DNA of 64,000 nt. Origin: Escherichia phage EC148. The DNA is taken from the sequence record NC_106721.1; one strand, 5' to 3'. A program made the position numbers and the translations under genes. The notes beneath the pieces were generated by a model, which made no database searches, had not been told where the DNA came from, and saw only the letters and a program-made list of their open reading frames with translations. Of this stretch, positions 46,749 to 57,607 are shown piece by piece. The first letter of the stretch is position 1, and every line of letters starts with the position of its first letter.

Positions 46749-47231
46749 ATGGCTGTAGATAGTAGAGAGAAAGGTAAACGTGGTGAATATCAGGTAAGAG
46801 ATATTCTACGTGAGCGTACAGGTCTTGAGTGGGAACGTGTTCCTGGCTCTGGTGCTTTTGGCCAGAGCCACGGACTGAAAGGTGACATCTACCTTCCACC
46901 ACAAAGCGGACACATTAGTAAATACTGCTTCGAAGTTAAGTGGTATAAAGATGATAATATATCAAGTAATTTATTTAATGTTGGTGAATCCACTCTAGAG
47001 AAGTGGTGGCAGCAGTGCTCACGTGAAGGTGAGCAGATGAACTCCAAACCTGCATTAATATTCAAAAAAGACAGAGGACAGTGGTTAATAGCTTTGGATA
47101 GCTCAGACCCAATGGTTGACAACTTAATGAGTCGTACCCATATGGTGTTAAATAAGAAAGACATGGAAATCGTAATTGGTTTATTTGAACCGTGGCTACA
47201 TCATGCATCTGTTGAGGACTTAATTAAATAA
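46749..47231 (+). CDS. Hjc-like (archaeal-type) Holliday-junction-resolvase-fold protein
   Basis: GEYQVRDILRERTG ... RVPGSG ... GDIY pattern typical of Hjc-type PD-(D/E)xK nucleases. Confidence 0.5.
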   Translation: MAVDSREKGKRGEYQVRDILRERTGLEWERVPGSGAFGQSHGLKGDIYLPPQSGHISKYCFEVKWYKDDNISSNLFNVGESTLEKWWQQCSREGEQMNSKPALIFKKDRGQWLIALDSSDPMVDNLMSRTHMVLNKKDMEIVIGLFEPWLHHASVEDLIK

Positions 47232-48106
47232 TGAGTAAATCCTGGGGAAAATTTATTGAAGAAGAGGAAGCTGAAATGGCTTCCCGTCGTAACCTAATGA
47301 TTGTCGATGGAACTAACTTAGGCTTTCGCTTCAAACATAACAACAGTAAAAAACCATTTGCCTCAAGTTATGTTTCCACTATTCAGTCTCTAGCAAAATC
47401 TTATTCTGCTAGAACTACAATAGTTTTAGGAGATAAGGGGAAGTCTGCATTCCGCTTAGAGCATTTACCTGAGTATAAGGGTAATCGAGATGAGAAATAC
47501 TCTCAGCGTACGGAAGAGGAGAAAGCGTTAGATGAGCAGTTCTTCGAGTATTTGAAAGATGCTTTCGAGTTATGTGAAACTACATTCCCAACTTTCACTA
47601 TTCGGGGTGTAGAAGCAGATGATATGGCAGCTTATATTGTTAAACTGATCGGGCATCTATATGATCACGTTTGGCTGATTTCTACTGATGGTGACTGGGA
47701 TACTTTATTAACTGATAAAGTATCTCGCTTCTCTTTCACAACACGTCGTGAATACCATCTTCGTGATATGTATGAGCATCATAATGTTGACGATGTAGAG
47801 CAGTTTATCTCCCTGAAAGCAATTATGGGTGATTTAGGGGATAATATCCGAGGTGTTGAAGGTATTGGGGCAAAGCGCGGGTATAATATTATTCGTGAAT
47901 TTGGTAACGTTCTGGATATTATTGATCAGCTTCCACTGCCTGGAAAACAGAAATATATACAGAATTTAAATGCTTCGGAAGAATTGCTTTATCGAAACCT
48001 AATTCTGGTTGATTTACCTACCTACTGTGTGGATGCTATTGCTGCTGTAGGTCAAGATGTATTAGATAAATTTACAAAAGATATTTTGGAGATTGCAGAA
48101 CAATGA
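47231..48106 (+). CDS. D15: 5'-3' exonuclease / flap endonuclease (T5 D15-like)
   Basis: Sequence MSKSWGKFIEEEEAEMASRRNLMIVDGTNLGFRFKH... recognised from memory as near-identical to T5 flap endonuclease; FEN motifs present. Confidence 0.9.
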   Translation: MSKSWGKFIEEEEAEMASRRNLMIVDGTNLGFRFKHNNSKKPFASSYVSTIQSLAKSYSARTTIVLGDKGKSAFRLEHLPEYKGNRDEKYSQRTEEEKALDEQFFEYLKDAFELCETTFPTFTIRGVEADDMAAYIVKLIGHLYDHVWLISTDGDWDTLLTDKVSRFSFTTRREYHLRDMYEHHNVDDVEQFISLKAIMGDLGDNIRGVEGIGAKRGYNIIREFGNVLDIIDQLPLPGKQKYIQNLNASEELLYRNLILVDLPTYCVDAIAAVGQDVLDKFTKDILEIAEQ

Positions 48107-48549
48107 TTAAAATTAAATTAACTCATCCAGATTGTATGCCTAAGATTGGTTCCGAAGATGCCGCAGGTATGGATCTGCGAGCATTCTTTGGTACTAATCC
48201 TGCCGCAGACTTACGCGCTATTGCACCAGGCAAATCTCTTATGATTGACACCGGTGTCGCGGTAGAAATTCCGCGAGGTTGGTTCGGTTTGGTAGTTCCT
48301 CGTAGTTCTTTAGGTAAACGCCATTTGATGATTGCAAATACCGCAGGAGTGATTGACTCAGACTATCGTGGAACTATTAAGATGAATCTGTTTAACTACG
48401 GTTCTGAAATTCAAACTCTGGAGAATTTTGAAAGACTTTGTCAGCTAGTAGTAGTACCACACTACTCAACTCATAATTTTGAAATCGTTGACGAACTAGA
48501 GGAGACTGATCGTGGGGAAGGCGGATTTGGAAGTTCAGGAAGCAAATAA
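48103..48549 (+). CDS. dut: dUTPase
   Basis: AAGMDLRA and GVIDSDYRG motifs. Confidence 0.85.
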   Translation: MIKIKLTHPDCMPKIGSEDAAGMDLRAFFGTNPAADLRAIAPGKSLMIDTGVAVEIPRGWFGLVVPRSSLGKRHLMIANTAGVIDSDYRGTIKMNLFNYGSEIQTLENFERLCQLVVVPHYSTHNFEIVDELEETDRGEGGFGSSGSK

Positions 48550-48775
48550 TTTTACTGATCCTAATATGATAGGTATTGATACTAATATGTTAACTTATCA
48601 GATTAAAACTGCTGAACCAGAAACGTTTGTGCTAAAAACAGATAAAGAAGGTAATGTTACTTTCTGGGACCCTGAAGGTTTTGTAGAGCTTTGTACTAAT
48701 ACGGATAATGAGCATTTAAAACTACTATTAGCTATTTATAATCTTGGTATTATAGAAGGTTGTAGAAGCAAGTAA
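48512..48775 (+). CDS. hypothetical protein; start uncertain
   Basis: ORF overlapping the dut 3' end; followed by bidirectional terminator. Confidence 0.35.
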   Translation: MGKADLEVQEANNFTDPNMIGIDTNMLTYQIKTAEPETFVLKTDKEGNVTFWDPEGFVELCTNTDNEHLKLLLAIYNLGIIEGCRSK

Positions 48776-48816
48776 TAGAAAAACCCCGGTGGATTTTGTC
48801 CACCGGGGTTTCTTTG
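48775..48816. terminator. bidirectional terminator between the convergent early (plus) and tail (minus) modules
   Basis: CCCCGGTGGA-TTTTG-TCCACCGGGG hairpin flanked by A-run and T-run. Confidence 0.7.
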
Positions 48817-48831
48817 TACTATGTATATGTA

Positions 48832-51600
48832 CTATGAGTTATCTGGCTTAATAAGCTCGCTAACAAGTTTCTTCAGTTCGGTTAATTCTTGCTCAAGTTT
48901 GTTAACTTTATCAGCTTGATAACGAAATGCGCAAGCTAGATCTGCCATAATGACGTTGTTATCAAGTGCTAATGTGTCATCTGCTTTGTCAACAACAATT
49001 TGGCGGTCTACATATTCTTCACCGTCATCGTTAACACCTATAACATCTGCAAAAATATCTCCACCAGGAATTAATTTTACATATTCCGGGTCTATTTTTA
49101 GAAGGTCTTGGGCTATTAAGCCAAATCGCTGTATGTTGCTTCCATTGTATTTAAACATTGTCGGAAGCCACTGCATAACGCGATCATAGCTTTCTTTTCC
49201 ATCTGTATAGATTATATCGTGCTTTAAATCTCTGTCAGAGTTAGCGGCCTTTTGAAAAATGAAGTTTCCATTTGATGACCATGTGGTTATATCGTTTGAG
49301 GCTGGTTGAAACTGGAAGTTACAGAAAAAATTACCATCACCACGAAGTCTTAACGAGCAAAAAGGCCAAGCATTATTTCCCTGTGGGATAAGACCCCAAG
49401 TTGCACGAATTGGATAACCACCAGTTGATTGTGTACCCCATGAAAGGCCAGGCGCCCATCCACCATCATTGTTAGGAATAATCTCGCCCCAAACAAGAGC
49501 ATTACCCCAATAGTTAGGATCATCCCAGCCCATTTGTTGGGTTTTGCCAGTGTATTGAGCAGAATGAGTTCTGCCGTCAGGGTAAAACTTGTGCATATAG
49601 GACTGTATCCCTGCTTGATACAATTCTATTCCAAAAGATTCAACGTGTGTGTCGCCTCTTCTGATTAAACCAGCGATAGCGTAATCGTCATACCAGTTGT
49701 AACGACTTACACCAGTCCATGTGTTTATTGGTGGATTCATGATTGAGAATAGTTGTGACGCATTGCGTTCATTCCCGTCTGCATAAATACCAGCCCCAGG
49801 AGCTAAGGAAATACTTTTCGCTCCCGAAAAAGTACCATTTTCATTAAACTGATAATACTGTGCTAACCCATTATGAAATACGCCTATTGTATGCTTTCCT
49901 ACGCCTACTTGAGTCTCAAAATACGACTGAGAAGAACCAATATCTTCGCCTTGGGTATTCTTTAGTTTTGAATGGTATATACCTGCGTTTGCAGTAACTG
50001 CATTTTCCGTTTCATTTTCAACATTAAGACTAAGGAACTTTGGCGCATGTTTCTCACCAAGCCCTATATTATTTCTGATACCATTCGCATCCTTAGCACC
50101 TGTACCACCAAATTGAATACCTAGTGGTAGCCATTGATCGGTGGTAGCATCATAAACGCCCCAATGATCCCCGTCAGCTGGAATGGTTAGATACTTGTTT
50201 TTATTTGGAGAATATAAAACTGTTTCTCCAGAATTCTGAAACAGCCTATCAACTCCTAAATTATATCTAGCACCTTCAGGAGTATCTGCTCCTGTACCCC
50301 CAGCCGCAGTTGATAATGGAAGAGTTTCCCATGAAATTCCGTCACCTGTTGCATTTCTCTGAAGTACAATAAGACCATCATCTCTAATAACAAATCTATA
50401 TAATCTATTATGTGAATATAAAAAAGTATGAACCCCATCTTGCACAAGTGAGTCTATAAGGAGTGTCTGACGAGAAGCATTGATATCCAACAGATCTGAA
50501 AGATTATTTTCTTTTAATAACGATTTACTAATGATACCTTCAGCTTTTCCAGCAGCCACTTCCGCGCGCCCAGCGTCTGTAGATGCGCTTTGTGCGCTAC
50601 CAGCAGCATTGCTAGCTTGTTGTCCTGCTTCGATAGCGCTATTGCTTGCTTGTGCAGCGGAAGCAGCAGCAGCATCTTTTAGCGTGGTAGTTTCGGACAC
50701 AGCAGCGTCCTTAATTCCCTGTGTGTCTATTTTTAGCTGCTCAACGTCTGATTTTAAAGCTACTGTCTCTGCTACTGCAGTATCCTTAATACCTTGTGTA
50801 TCTATTTTTAGCTGTTCAACATCTGATTTTAAGCCTTGAATAGTAGTTACTGATTGGCTAGCTGAGGCTGCGGAATGGGCTGCATTGGTTTCACTAGTTT
50901 TTGCATTGGTTTCACTAGTTTTTGCATTAGTTTCACTAGCTTTTGCATTAGTTTCCGAGGTTTTTGCAGCGGATGCTGATGCGGCGGCTTGTGCAGAGAA
51001 TATTTCTGCCCCATCTCTATAGCCTTTAGAATCCGAAGCAGAAGCAGCAGCATTAGTTTCACTAGCCTTTGCCTTATCTTCACTAGTCTTTGCTGCAATA
51101 GCAGAAGCAGCAGCATTAGTTTCACTAGCCTTTGCATTAGTCTCACTAGTTTTTGCGTTAGTCTCACTAGTTTTTGCGTTAGTCTCACTAGTTTTTGCAT
51201 TAGTTTCACTAGCCTTTGCCTTATCTTCGCTAGTTTTAGCATTAGTCTCAGATATTTTAGCTGCAGCTGCTGATTCCTCCGATTTAGTAGCTGATGCAGC
51301 AGATTGAGTAGCAGATGTAGCGGACTGAGTGGCAGAGGCTTCAGAAGCTCCAGCAGAAATAGCAGCTTCCTGTTCAGAGTTCTTAGCATTAAGCTCCGAA
51401 GTTTTAGCCGCTATCTCAGAATCTTTTGCAGCTGCAGCAGACTTAGCTGCAGCCTCAATAGAAGATACTAACTCACTTGCAGTAATAGAGCTAATAGAAT
51501 TACCTAGAGTTACTGTATATCTAGGAAACTTACTAGCAGTAGCTTTAGTATCATCAATATTTAATATTTGTTGTACAATAATTTTAGTAGTTACTGCCAT
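48832..51600 (-). CDS. ltf: L-shaped tail fibre protein (pb1-like) with internal tandem repeats
   Basis: Ala/Ser/Thr-rich fibre with heptad repeats AKTSETN, Gly-rich beta-rich distal region, C-terminal coiled-coil region; first late gene after the convergent terminator. Confidence 0.7.
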   Translation of the reverse strand: MAVTTKIIVQQILNIDDTKATASKFPRYTVTLGNSISSITASELVSSIEAAAKSAAAAKDSEIAAKTSELNAKNSEQEAAISAGASEASATQSATSATQSAASATKSEESAAAAKISETNAKTSEDKAKASETNAKTSETNAKTSETNAKTSETNAKASETNAAASAIAAKTSEDKAKASETNAAASASDSKGYRDGAEIFSAQAAASASAAKTSETNAKASETNAKTSETNAKTSETNAAHSAASASQSVTTIQGLKSDVEQLKIDTQGIKDTAVAETVALKSDVEQLKIDTQGIKDAAVSETTTLKDAAAASAAQASNSAIEAGQQASNAAGSAQSASTDAGRAEVAAGKAEGIISKSLLKENNLSDLLDINASRQTLLIDSLVQDGVHTFLYSHNRLYRFVIRDDGLIVLQRNATGDGISWETLPLSTAAGGTGADTPEGARYNLGVDRLFQNSGETVLYSPNKNKYLTIPADGDHWGVYDATTDQWLPLGIQFGGTGAKDANGIRNNIGLGEKHAPKFLSLNVENETENAVTANAGIYHSKLKNTQGEDIGSSQSYFETQVGVGKHTIGVFHNGLAQYYQFNENGTFSGAKSISLAPGAGIYADGNERNASQLFSIMNPPINTWTGVSRYNWYDDYAIAGLIRRGDTHVESFGIELYQAGIQSYMHKFYPDGRTHSAQYTGKTQQMGWDDPNYWGNALVWGEIIPNNDGGWAPGLSWGTQSTGGYPIRATWGLIPQGNNAWPFCSLRLRGDGNFFCNFQFQPASNDITTWSSNGNFIFQKAANSDRDLKHDIIYTDGKESYDRVMQWLPTMFKYNGSNIQRFGLIAQDLLKIDPEYVKLIPGGDIFADVIGVNDDGEEYVDRQIVVDKADDTLALDNNVIMADLACAFRYQADKVNKLEQELTELKKLVSELIKPDNS
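50690..50835 (-). repeat. about 72-bp direct duplication within the tail fibre gene
   Basis: Encodes the duplicated peptide SDVEQLKIDTQGIKD(T/A)AV(A/S)ET. Confidence 0.7.
50860..51300 (-). repeat. in-frame 21-bp tandem repeats within the tail fibre gene (heptad A-K-T/A-S-E-T/D-N/K)
   Basis: Units such as GCATTGGTTTCACTAGTTTTT / GCATTAGTCTCACTAGTTTTT repeated at least 12 times in two blocks. Confidence 0.8.
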
Positions 51601-52022
51601 TATTTAGTTACCCCATCACTGATAAATACTTTACCCTCCATTATACGAAAGGAGCTAATTGCAGATCCTATAACATCTCTAGTCATAATTATATCATAGT
51701 ATCCTGCGAATCGCTGACGAGGGTTATATTTATCTCTATCTTTAGATGCTCTAGCCCCTATATTTTCCACAGATTCTACTGGCAAACTTATAGCTACAGC
51801 CCCTTGAGCAGCATCAATAATATTAGTAGTAAAGGATGCTAATATCTCCGCATTCTCATCTAGGCTATTTTTTATAGTACCCCTTAGAGAATACCCGGTT
51901 AAGTTAACGGGGGTATTTGTAGGTGGATAAGTACTATCATCAACATCTAAGAACTGCATCATTAAACCATATGGTACTTTCTCATCTATTACTAAATCTA
52001 TAACTCTATTTTCAGTACTCAT
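51600..52022 (-). CDS. tail collar protein (T5 p132-like, 140 aa)
   Basis: Size and position between the pb4-like and ltf genes, as recalled for T5. Confidence 0.5.
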   Translation of the reverse strand: MSTENRVIDLVIDEKVPYGLMMQFLDVDDSTYPPTNTPVNLTGYSLRGTIKNSLDENAEILASFTTNIIDAAQGAVAISLPVESVENIGARASKDRDKYNPRQRFAGYYDIIMTRDVIGSAISSFRIMEGKVFISDGVTK

Positions 52023-52025
52023 TAT

Positions 52026-54098
52026 TTACCTTATATGGATGTACCCGTTTTGCAGGTCTATCTTCATTCTGTAATAGGCTTCCGGATTATCAGATAATGC
52101 AGCGTTTCTATCATAAATAACGTTAACACCGATCTGAGATAAGAAGGCATTATTTGCTACAATCTTACTGGCGGTTACCGTACCATTAACTATCATATCG
52201 CCATGCAGTACCATTGCTGGGTTAACCCAACCGGAACCATTCCATTGACGAGTAAATGCAGATTGCGGAGCATTACTATTAAACTCTGTCAATACATCAT
52301 ATCTAACTGGAGGACTACCAAAGTTATTCTGGAAGAAGGCATTAGCCTGCCCATCATCCCAACCACCAAGACCAGGAATACCTAAGGAATACATTCCAGA
52401 ACCACGTTGTCCATCATGTCCTATAGTACCTTCAGTACCACTCCACTGAACTACATCAGACCAGCTAGTACCTGCAAGTAGCTTATTAGTAACTGGGTCA
52501 AGTGTACCCGTAGTCGCATAGATATTTTGTGTCATATCTGTACGATTAGGTGGAGTTTTTGACCAACCAGGAGGCGGATAATCTTGTTCTAGTGGCTTTG
52601 CTGGAAGTGCAGTTGATATCTTATAAACAAATACTGTTTGCTTGCCCTGTATACCTGTTTGGATATCTACATCGCCATTTGGTGTTCCAATTACTACTCC
52701 ACTAGAAATACGTAGTACATCACCATCATAACGAATCCACTGTGTGGCATTACCAATGTCTAACTTAGCTTTGGCAGAGGTATTATCCATGCCCATCCAA
52801 ATACCGGAGTTATTATCCCCCCAAGATTTACCTTGAGTGTAAATTGCTGGATTATCCTTACCGGATAAGTTAGTCATGATAAAATTCGCAGCATTAATAT
52901 CTCTAGTAATTACTTTACCATCAACGTTAACAACACGGTTTATAGGATCAAAAGAAATAGGTGCTTTTCCCTCTTCATCTAGCAGACCAATGTTAATAGC
53001 ACCAGTAGCTGCATCGATTAAGAATGTCTGTCTCCAGATTTCTCCATCTTTCATGCTGCCCTTAATAAAGGCATAGTTAACATCAATACCAGTCTCATTG
53101 ACAAAGCTGTTATCTAGAGGAGTATCTTCATTCAATATAAATGTTACAGGAGCTGATTCTGTTATATCTTGTTTATTTGGTCCCCAGGCAATTGATGATA
53201 CCTTAAAGGTATGTTCAACTTTCCATGGGAATGATATAATTGTTGCAGCTCTGGCAGCACCAACGTTTATCTTTTGAGCTTTAGCCCAGCCAGTCTTAGC
53301 GTATTCTTCAGAATTTATATATGTAACCAAGAACTCACGAACATTAGCACCACCACCGCGTTCCCAATCCCACTCAATTCTAACATCATATCGTTCTTTA
53401 CCATCAGCAATTCGTGCAGCTTTAAAAACAATATTGATAGGTGCAGTAGGAGGAACAAAATTATAAGCTACTGTTAAAATATTAGGGAATTCATAGTACC
53501 CAGAAGAATCAACTGTAACACCATCAGGCATAGTTACTTGACCAGATATTCTGATCTTATAATCTCCGATAGGAACTCCACCAAATTTAATAGTAGAACC
53601 TAAAGCCCCAATGTAATACTTAGTCCAAGGACTGTCTTCAGTAGCTGTACTTTTTAACTCAATAGTACAGTAGCTTGCTTCACCAGTTGTTTCTACGACA
53701 ACTATCGGTGCACCTACCCCAACATCCACAGGTTCTGATTCAGATCTTGCTGCAACAATTATTGGCTTCTCTTTTGTCCTAAAGTTAGTCTCATTAGAGA
53801 GATTGATACCAATCTTAGCCTCTAGCAGTTCAGAATCAATAATAGAGTCGTAGAAAGCCCCTTGAATCTCGTAAGAGGTTGAAGGGGTCAGGTTATTAAT
53901 CATTATGAAGAAAGTATCTATACCAGTATAATCACGTCTATCTATACTTTCTCCTGTCTTTAACCAAAAAGATCTACCAATAACGTCATAGTCAGTATAT
54001 ATAGAGTGCTGGACATATGCCATTGTATATCCAGTCATTATACTATTTAAGACCATTTTGGCTGGTGCATTATTCGAAATCATTAAATGGATGCCCAC
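52026..54098 (-). CDS. tail tip/central fibre protein (T5 pb4-like)
   Basis: 690 aa beta-rich protein downstream of the hub gene; synteny and size as recalled for T5. Confidence 0.55.
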   Translation of the reverse strand: MGIHLMISNNAPAKMVLNSIMTGYTMAYVQHSIYTDYDVIGRSFWLKTGESIDRRDYTGIDTFFIMINNLTPSTSYEIQGAFYDSIIDSELLEAKIGINLSNETNFRTKEKPIIVAARSESEPVDVGVGAPIVVVETTGEASYCTIELKSTATEDSPWTKYYIGALGSTIKFGGVPIGDYKIRISGQVTMPDGVTVDSSGYYEFPNILTVAYNFVPPTAPINIVFKAARIADGKERYDVRIEWDWERGGGANVREFLVTYINSEEYAKTGWAKAQKINVGAARAATIISFPWKVEHTFKVSSIAWGPNKQDITESAPVTFILNEDTPLDNSFVNETGIDVNYAFIKGSMKDGEIWRQTFLIDAATGAINIGLLDEEGKAPISFDPINRVVNVDGKVITRDINAANFIMTNLSGKDNPAIYTQGKSWGDNNSGIWMGMDNTSAKAKLDIGNATQWIRYDGDVLRISSGVVIGTPNGDVDIQTGIQGKQTVFVYKISTALPAKPLEQDYPPPGWSKTPPNRTDMTQNIYATTGTLDPVTNKLLAGTSWSDVVQWSGTEGTIGHDGQRGSGMYSLGIPGLGGWDDGQANAFFQNNFGSPPVRYDVLTEFNSNAPQSAFTRQWNGSGWVNPAMVLHGDMIVNGTVTASKIVANNAFLSQIGVNVIYDRNAALSDNPEAYYRMKIDLQNGYIHIR

Positions 54099-56932
54099 TC
54101 CACAGACTGTTCTCCATCATCTCCTTCTGCTCTAATACGAAAATATAGTTTTCTATTTATTCCTAGAGCATCACTGTTATGAAGAGCAAAATCTGCCTTA
54201 TTATACATTAATAAATAGTCATAAGTATACTGATTTTCAATACGTACACTTCTTAGCATTCTATTCTGGGAGTCATAGATTTCCAGAGTATAGAATATAC
54301 TTTCTATTATATCTTCTTCTGGTATCCTATCCCAAGCTAGTTTTACATCTGGGCCTACAAATTCAGTTACATCCCCAGAAGCCGTATTAGTTACCCTAAA
54401 ATTAGATACTACACTTAGGTTTTTAGCAGAGTTAAGTTCTATAGATAAGGTTACTGGAGAACTTCTTCTACCATTTATATCCACAGCCCTTATTTCAAAT
54501 ATCGCTAAGCCTGCAGGCTCTCCAATTATCTCTTGGATCATGCGTTCATTGGGATTTGTTTCTAGTTGCTGCACAATATAAGGCTCAGCATGCCCGGAAT
54601 GCACGATAGAGTAATAAACTACGTTATTAGTTAAGCTTGGAAGCCAAGATAACTCACCATTTTTTCCTATAGAACCAACTAAACCACCGGGTGTAGGAGT
54701 ATATTTAAAATCTCTAGGAGGAAGAACGTTGTTACTAATATCTGGTATATCATTACCACTATTATCTACTTGATCAGAGTTGATAAATACATCTTCCCCA
54801 TACTCCTGTAGAGTAACATTTATCTTTCCTTCTCTAGAGTTTTCGACTTCATCTACTAAAAAGTACTTCTTATCCCATCCGTAACGGTCGTATGTAAATG
54901 CAATAGCATCGTTAGGCTCAATACCAATGAATTGATATGGTAAAGAAAATGAGAGGGTTCTAGAATACCTAGATTTCTTAAGTTCTCTGTCTGCAAAACT
55001 TCTAGCAGTATAGTAGTTAGTTATATTTGCAAAAGATAATTGTAATTTTTTATCTAAATTTTTATCCTGCTCTTTATATTTAGAGTTATAAAAGGTAATA
55101 GAGTTAGTTTTCCAGCTAAGAGCTGGGTCTACTATGGATGCTTGAACTGAGTTGAATTTATTTCTACCAGTAGTATCTGATAGCTCTAAATCACCATAAG
55201 TATCCAGAAAATTAATCTCTAATGGAGTATTAGAATATTTTTCTACAGTAATCCTATATTGACCAGATAAGTTGTTAATAGCCCCACCGTAGGATTCTAG
55301 TAAACCTTGCACATTTTTAAATACTGATTCAGATGTATCTAGAATAGTATTCATTTGTACTATTTGTCTATTTTCTGCTAATGGATCAGTCCACCCAACA
55401 TATCTCCAGTATGGCTGCCAGGATACTTGGTAAGATTCATCTATAATATCTAAGATAGCAGCTTCTTGTACCAATTGTTGTAGGGGGAACTGATCAATAG
55501 CAATGTTTGCACCATACCTATCTGAAGTTAAGTAGTCAAGTGTTTGCCAAATACCATTTAAACTAGTACTATTAGCAGTTACTCTACCATCAGGATGATA
55601 GATTTTTATCTTCTTACCCTGAATCTCAGCACTAACTTCTGGAATCTCAGTTCTATTTTCATTAATAGTAAAGCGTACTACCGCGTATGCAGTATCTAAT
55701 AGTTTATATCTAGCATCCCAGTACTCAGGCCCATTACCGTTCATATTTTGGAGATAGAACCCACGTTCCTTCGCTATATTTACTAATACTTCAGAAGCCG
55801 TTTGATCAGCTTTTCCATGATAAGTCCAAATCCTTATATCACCATTACCATCATTATATTTATATTCCTGACCGTGCACAGAAGGACTACTAGAAGATAT
55901 TCCTGATGCTATTCTTTGCATGGTGTCTCCTGCTACTTTTTTAACACCGAAACAGGTTCTAGCAGAGCTATCATTAGAGTCCATACAAATCATAGGGTTA
56001 TCCCCAAAGGAAAAGTCAAGAAAACCGTCTATCTCTCCTTCAGCAAAAGCGTATACTACGTAAACTATATTAGGATTGTGTAATTCCGTATCCGCAAAAA
56101 TAGGTATTCCCGGTATTTTCTGTACACCATAAACTACTGGTATATACTTAGCAGCAAGGTTAAAATCTATATCTACTTCTTTAGTAACAGTCTCATAATA
56201 CTTTTTAAGACTATAACTTCTAGATAGTCCAAATAGCTTTTTCTTAGACTTTAGCTTGTATCTTTCTTCCTGTACCTGATACTTTGCTAGAATAGAGATA
56301 CTTTTATTGGCATGAAAGAACCCATAATCTTCCTGGTATTCAAGTCTTTTAGCCCCGTTAGATGGAACTAATTGTCCTGCTACAACCTCAAGCCCTCTAT
56401 GAGAAGCATCATCAGTAAACCTACCGTTAACCCTATCAAAATCATAGAATTGGTTAGAACAATTCCAAGTAATTGTAGAGGTTCCAACCCCAGAAGTACT
56501 AATGTTGTCCTTAATACCTCCACCAGTAATTCTCCCTCTAAAGTATAATAAAGGGCCATTTGTGTCTGGGTCTACAGGTAAAATAGAACCATCCTCTGTA
56601 ATAATTGCTTGGTGGATTGATACTAGTCTATCTAAAAAGGATACACCATTCTGCACTAATTTCAGTACTTCATCCTGTGCTGTACCTGTAATAGTAAAAG
56701 ATAGGCTGCCAATAGATAAATCTCTATTTTGTTTATGTGTGCTAATAGACTTAACTTTACCGGCCTGGTACAAAATACCATTATATAGTACATCTCTAAA
56801 ATAGTCAGTTAAGTAAATAAAAGCAGTACTAGTACCTGTAGAGCCGGGTAATTCTAGAGAAATTAGACTAGCAGTTTTTATTCTGCTATTATTTTTTAAG
56901 TAGTTTCTAGCACTATCTAATATTTTTTTCAT
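54083..56932 (-). CDS. baseplate hub protein (T5 pb3-like)
   Basis: 949 aa, position after the distal tail protein; matches recalled T5 pb3 size. Confidence 0.6.
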   Translation of the reverse strand: MKKILDSARNYLKNNSRIKTASLISLELPGSTGTSTAFIYLTDYFRDVLYNGILYQAGKVKSISTHKQNRDLSIGSLSFTITGTAQDEVLKLVQNGVSFLDRLVSIHQAIITEDGSILPVDPDTNGPLLYFRGRITGGGIKDNISTSGVGTSTITWNCSNQFYDFDRVNGRFTDDASHRGLEVVAGQLVPSNGAKRLEYQEDYGFFHANKSISILAKYQVQEERYKLKSKKKLFGLSRSYSLKKYYETVTKEVDIDFNLAAKYIPVVYGVQKIPGIPIFADTELHNPNIVYVVYAFAEGEIDGFLDFSFGDNPMICMDSNDSSARTCFGVKKVAGDTMQRIASGISSSSPSVHGQEYKYNDGNGDIRIWTYHGKADQTASEVLVNIAKERGFYLQNMNGNGPEYWDARYKLLDTAYAVVRFTINENRTEIPEVSAEIQGKKIKIYHPDGRVTANSTSLNGIWQTLDYLTSDRYGANIAIDQFPLQQLVQEAAILDIIDESYQVSWQPYWRYVGWTDPLAENRQIVQMNTILDTSESVFKNVQGLLESYGGAINNLSGQYRITVEKYSNTPLEINFLDTYGDLELSDTTGRNKFNSVQASIVDPALSWKTNSITFYNSKYKEQDKNLDKKLQLSFANITNYYTARSFADRELKKSRYSRTLSFSLPYQFIGIEPNDAIAFTYDRYGWDKKYFLVDEVENSREGKINVTLQEYGEDVFINSDQVDNSGNDIPDISNNVLPPRDFKYTPTPGGLVGSIGKNGELSWLPSLTNNVVYYSIVHSGHAEPYIVQQLETNPNERMIQEIIGEPAGLAIFEIRAVDINGRRSSPVTLSIELNSAKNLSVVSNFRVTNTASGDVTEFVGPDVKLAWDRIPEEDIIESIFYTLEIYDSQNRMLRSVRIENQYTYDYLLMYNKADFALHNSDALGINRKLYFRIRAEGDDGEQSVEWASI

Positions 56933-57543
56933 AGACTTTCCCGTAAATTTAGTGAGATGTTGGAGTATGTTCCGTTATTATTTAGTGTAGATCCAAAAGC
57001 ATCACCATTCATGAGTTTTGTTCTAAATAGGATTCCATTAAATACTGGCTTCTCCGCTCCAGTAGTAGTTATAAATAAATCAGGGTATAAGTTTATAGAC
57101 CATGTATTACCTGATTTGTTAAATGATGTTATTTTATATACTTTTGGGTGGTTAGACAGCTTAAATAGATCCCCCGGTTTTGGGGTACCTGTAAGAAACC
57201 CTTTTGTATCCATAGTTATATTAGAACCCTTCTGTCCAGCAGGTATATTTACTAGACTAGTATTACCTCTAACTCTAAAAGCTTCGTATTGGGGTAATAT
57301 AACATCTATATAACCACCAGTCCTTTTGTATTCTAGAATAAAAGCATCTAGAACACTATATTCATCTGGAAATAATTCTGGATAAGAAATATTTATACCC
57401 CAGTATTGAGCAGATACCTTAACTTCGTTAACTTTACCATTTGGTAACTCATCACGAATTACTGGGTCATTATCAATCAGGTTAACACTTTCGAATCCTA
57501 AGCCTGAAAGTTCTGGATTCGTGTATGGGTCTGGTAATCTCAT
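56929..57543 (-). CDS. distal tail protein (T5 pb9-like)
   Basis: 204 aa immediately downstream of the tape measure gene; matches recalled T5 pb9 size. Confidence 0.6.
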   Translation of the reverse strand: MRLPDPYTNPELSGLGFESVNLIDNDPVIRDELPNGKVNEVKVSAQYWGINISYPELFPDEYSVLDAFILEYKRTGGYIDVILPQYEAFRVRGNTSLVNIPAGQKGSNITMDTKGFLTGTPKPGDLFKLSNHPKVYKITSFNKSGNTWSINLYPDLFITTTGAEKPVFNGILFRTKLMNGDAFGSTLNNNGTYSNISLNLRESL

Positions 57544-57607
57544 AGTTAATTTCTCCTCTTTAATAACAATATTATAATAGTATTAGAAAATTTTATCAAG
57601 AAATTTT

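Noticed and set aside
50480-51389. ORFs 50847-51389 (-), 50480-50839 (+), 50989-51273 (+) and 51329-51607 (+)
   Set aside because: Frame artefacts of the 21-bp tandem repeats inside the tail fibre gene
48832-51600. Possible CRISPR array suggested by short direct repeats
   Set aside because: The repeats are contiguous, in-frame and coding (heptad peptide repeats), with no unique spacers of CRISPR size
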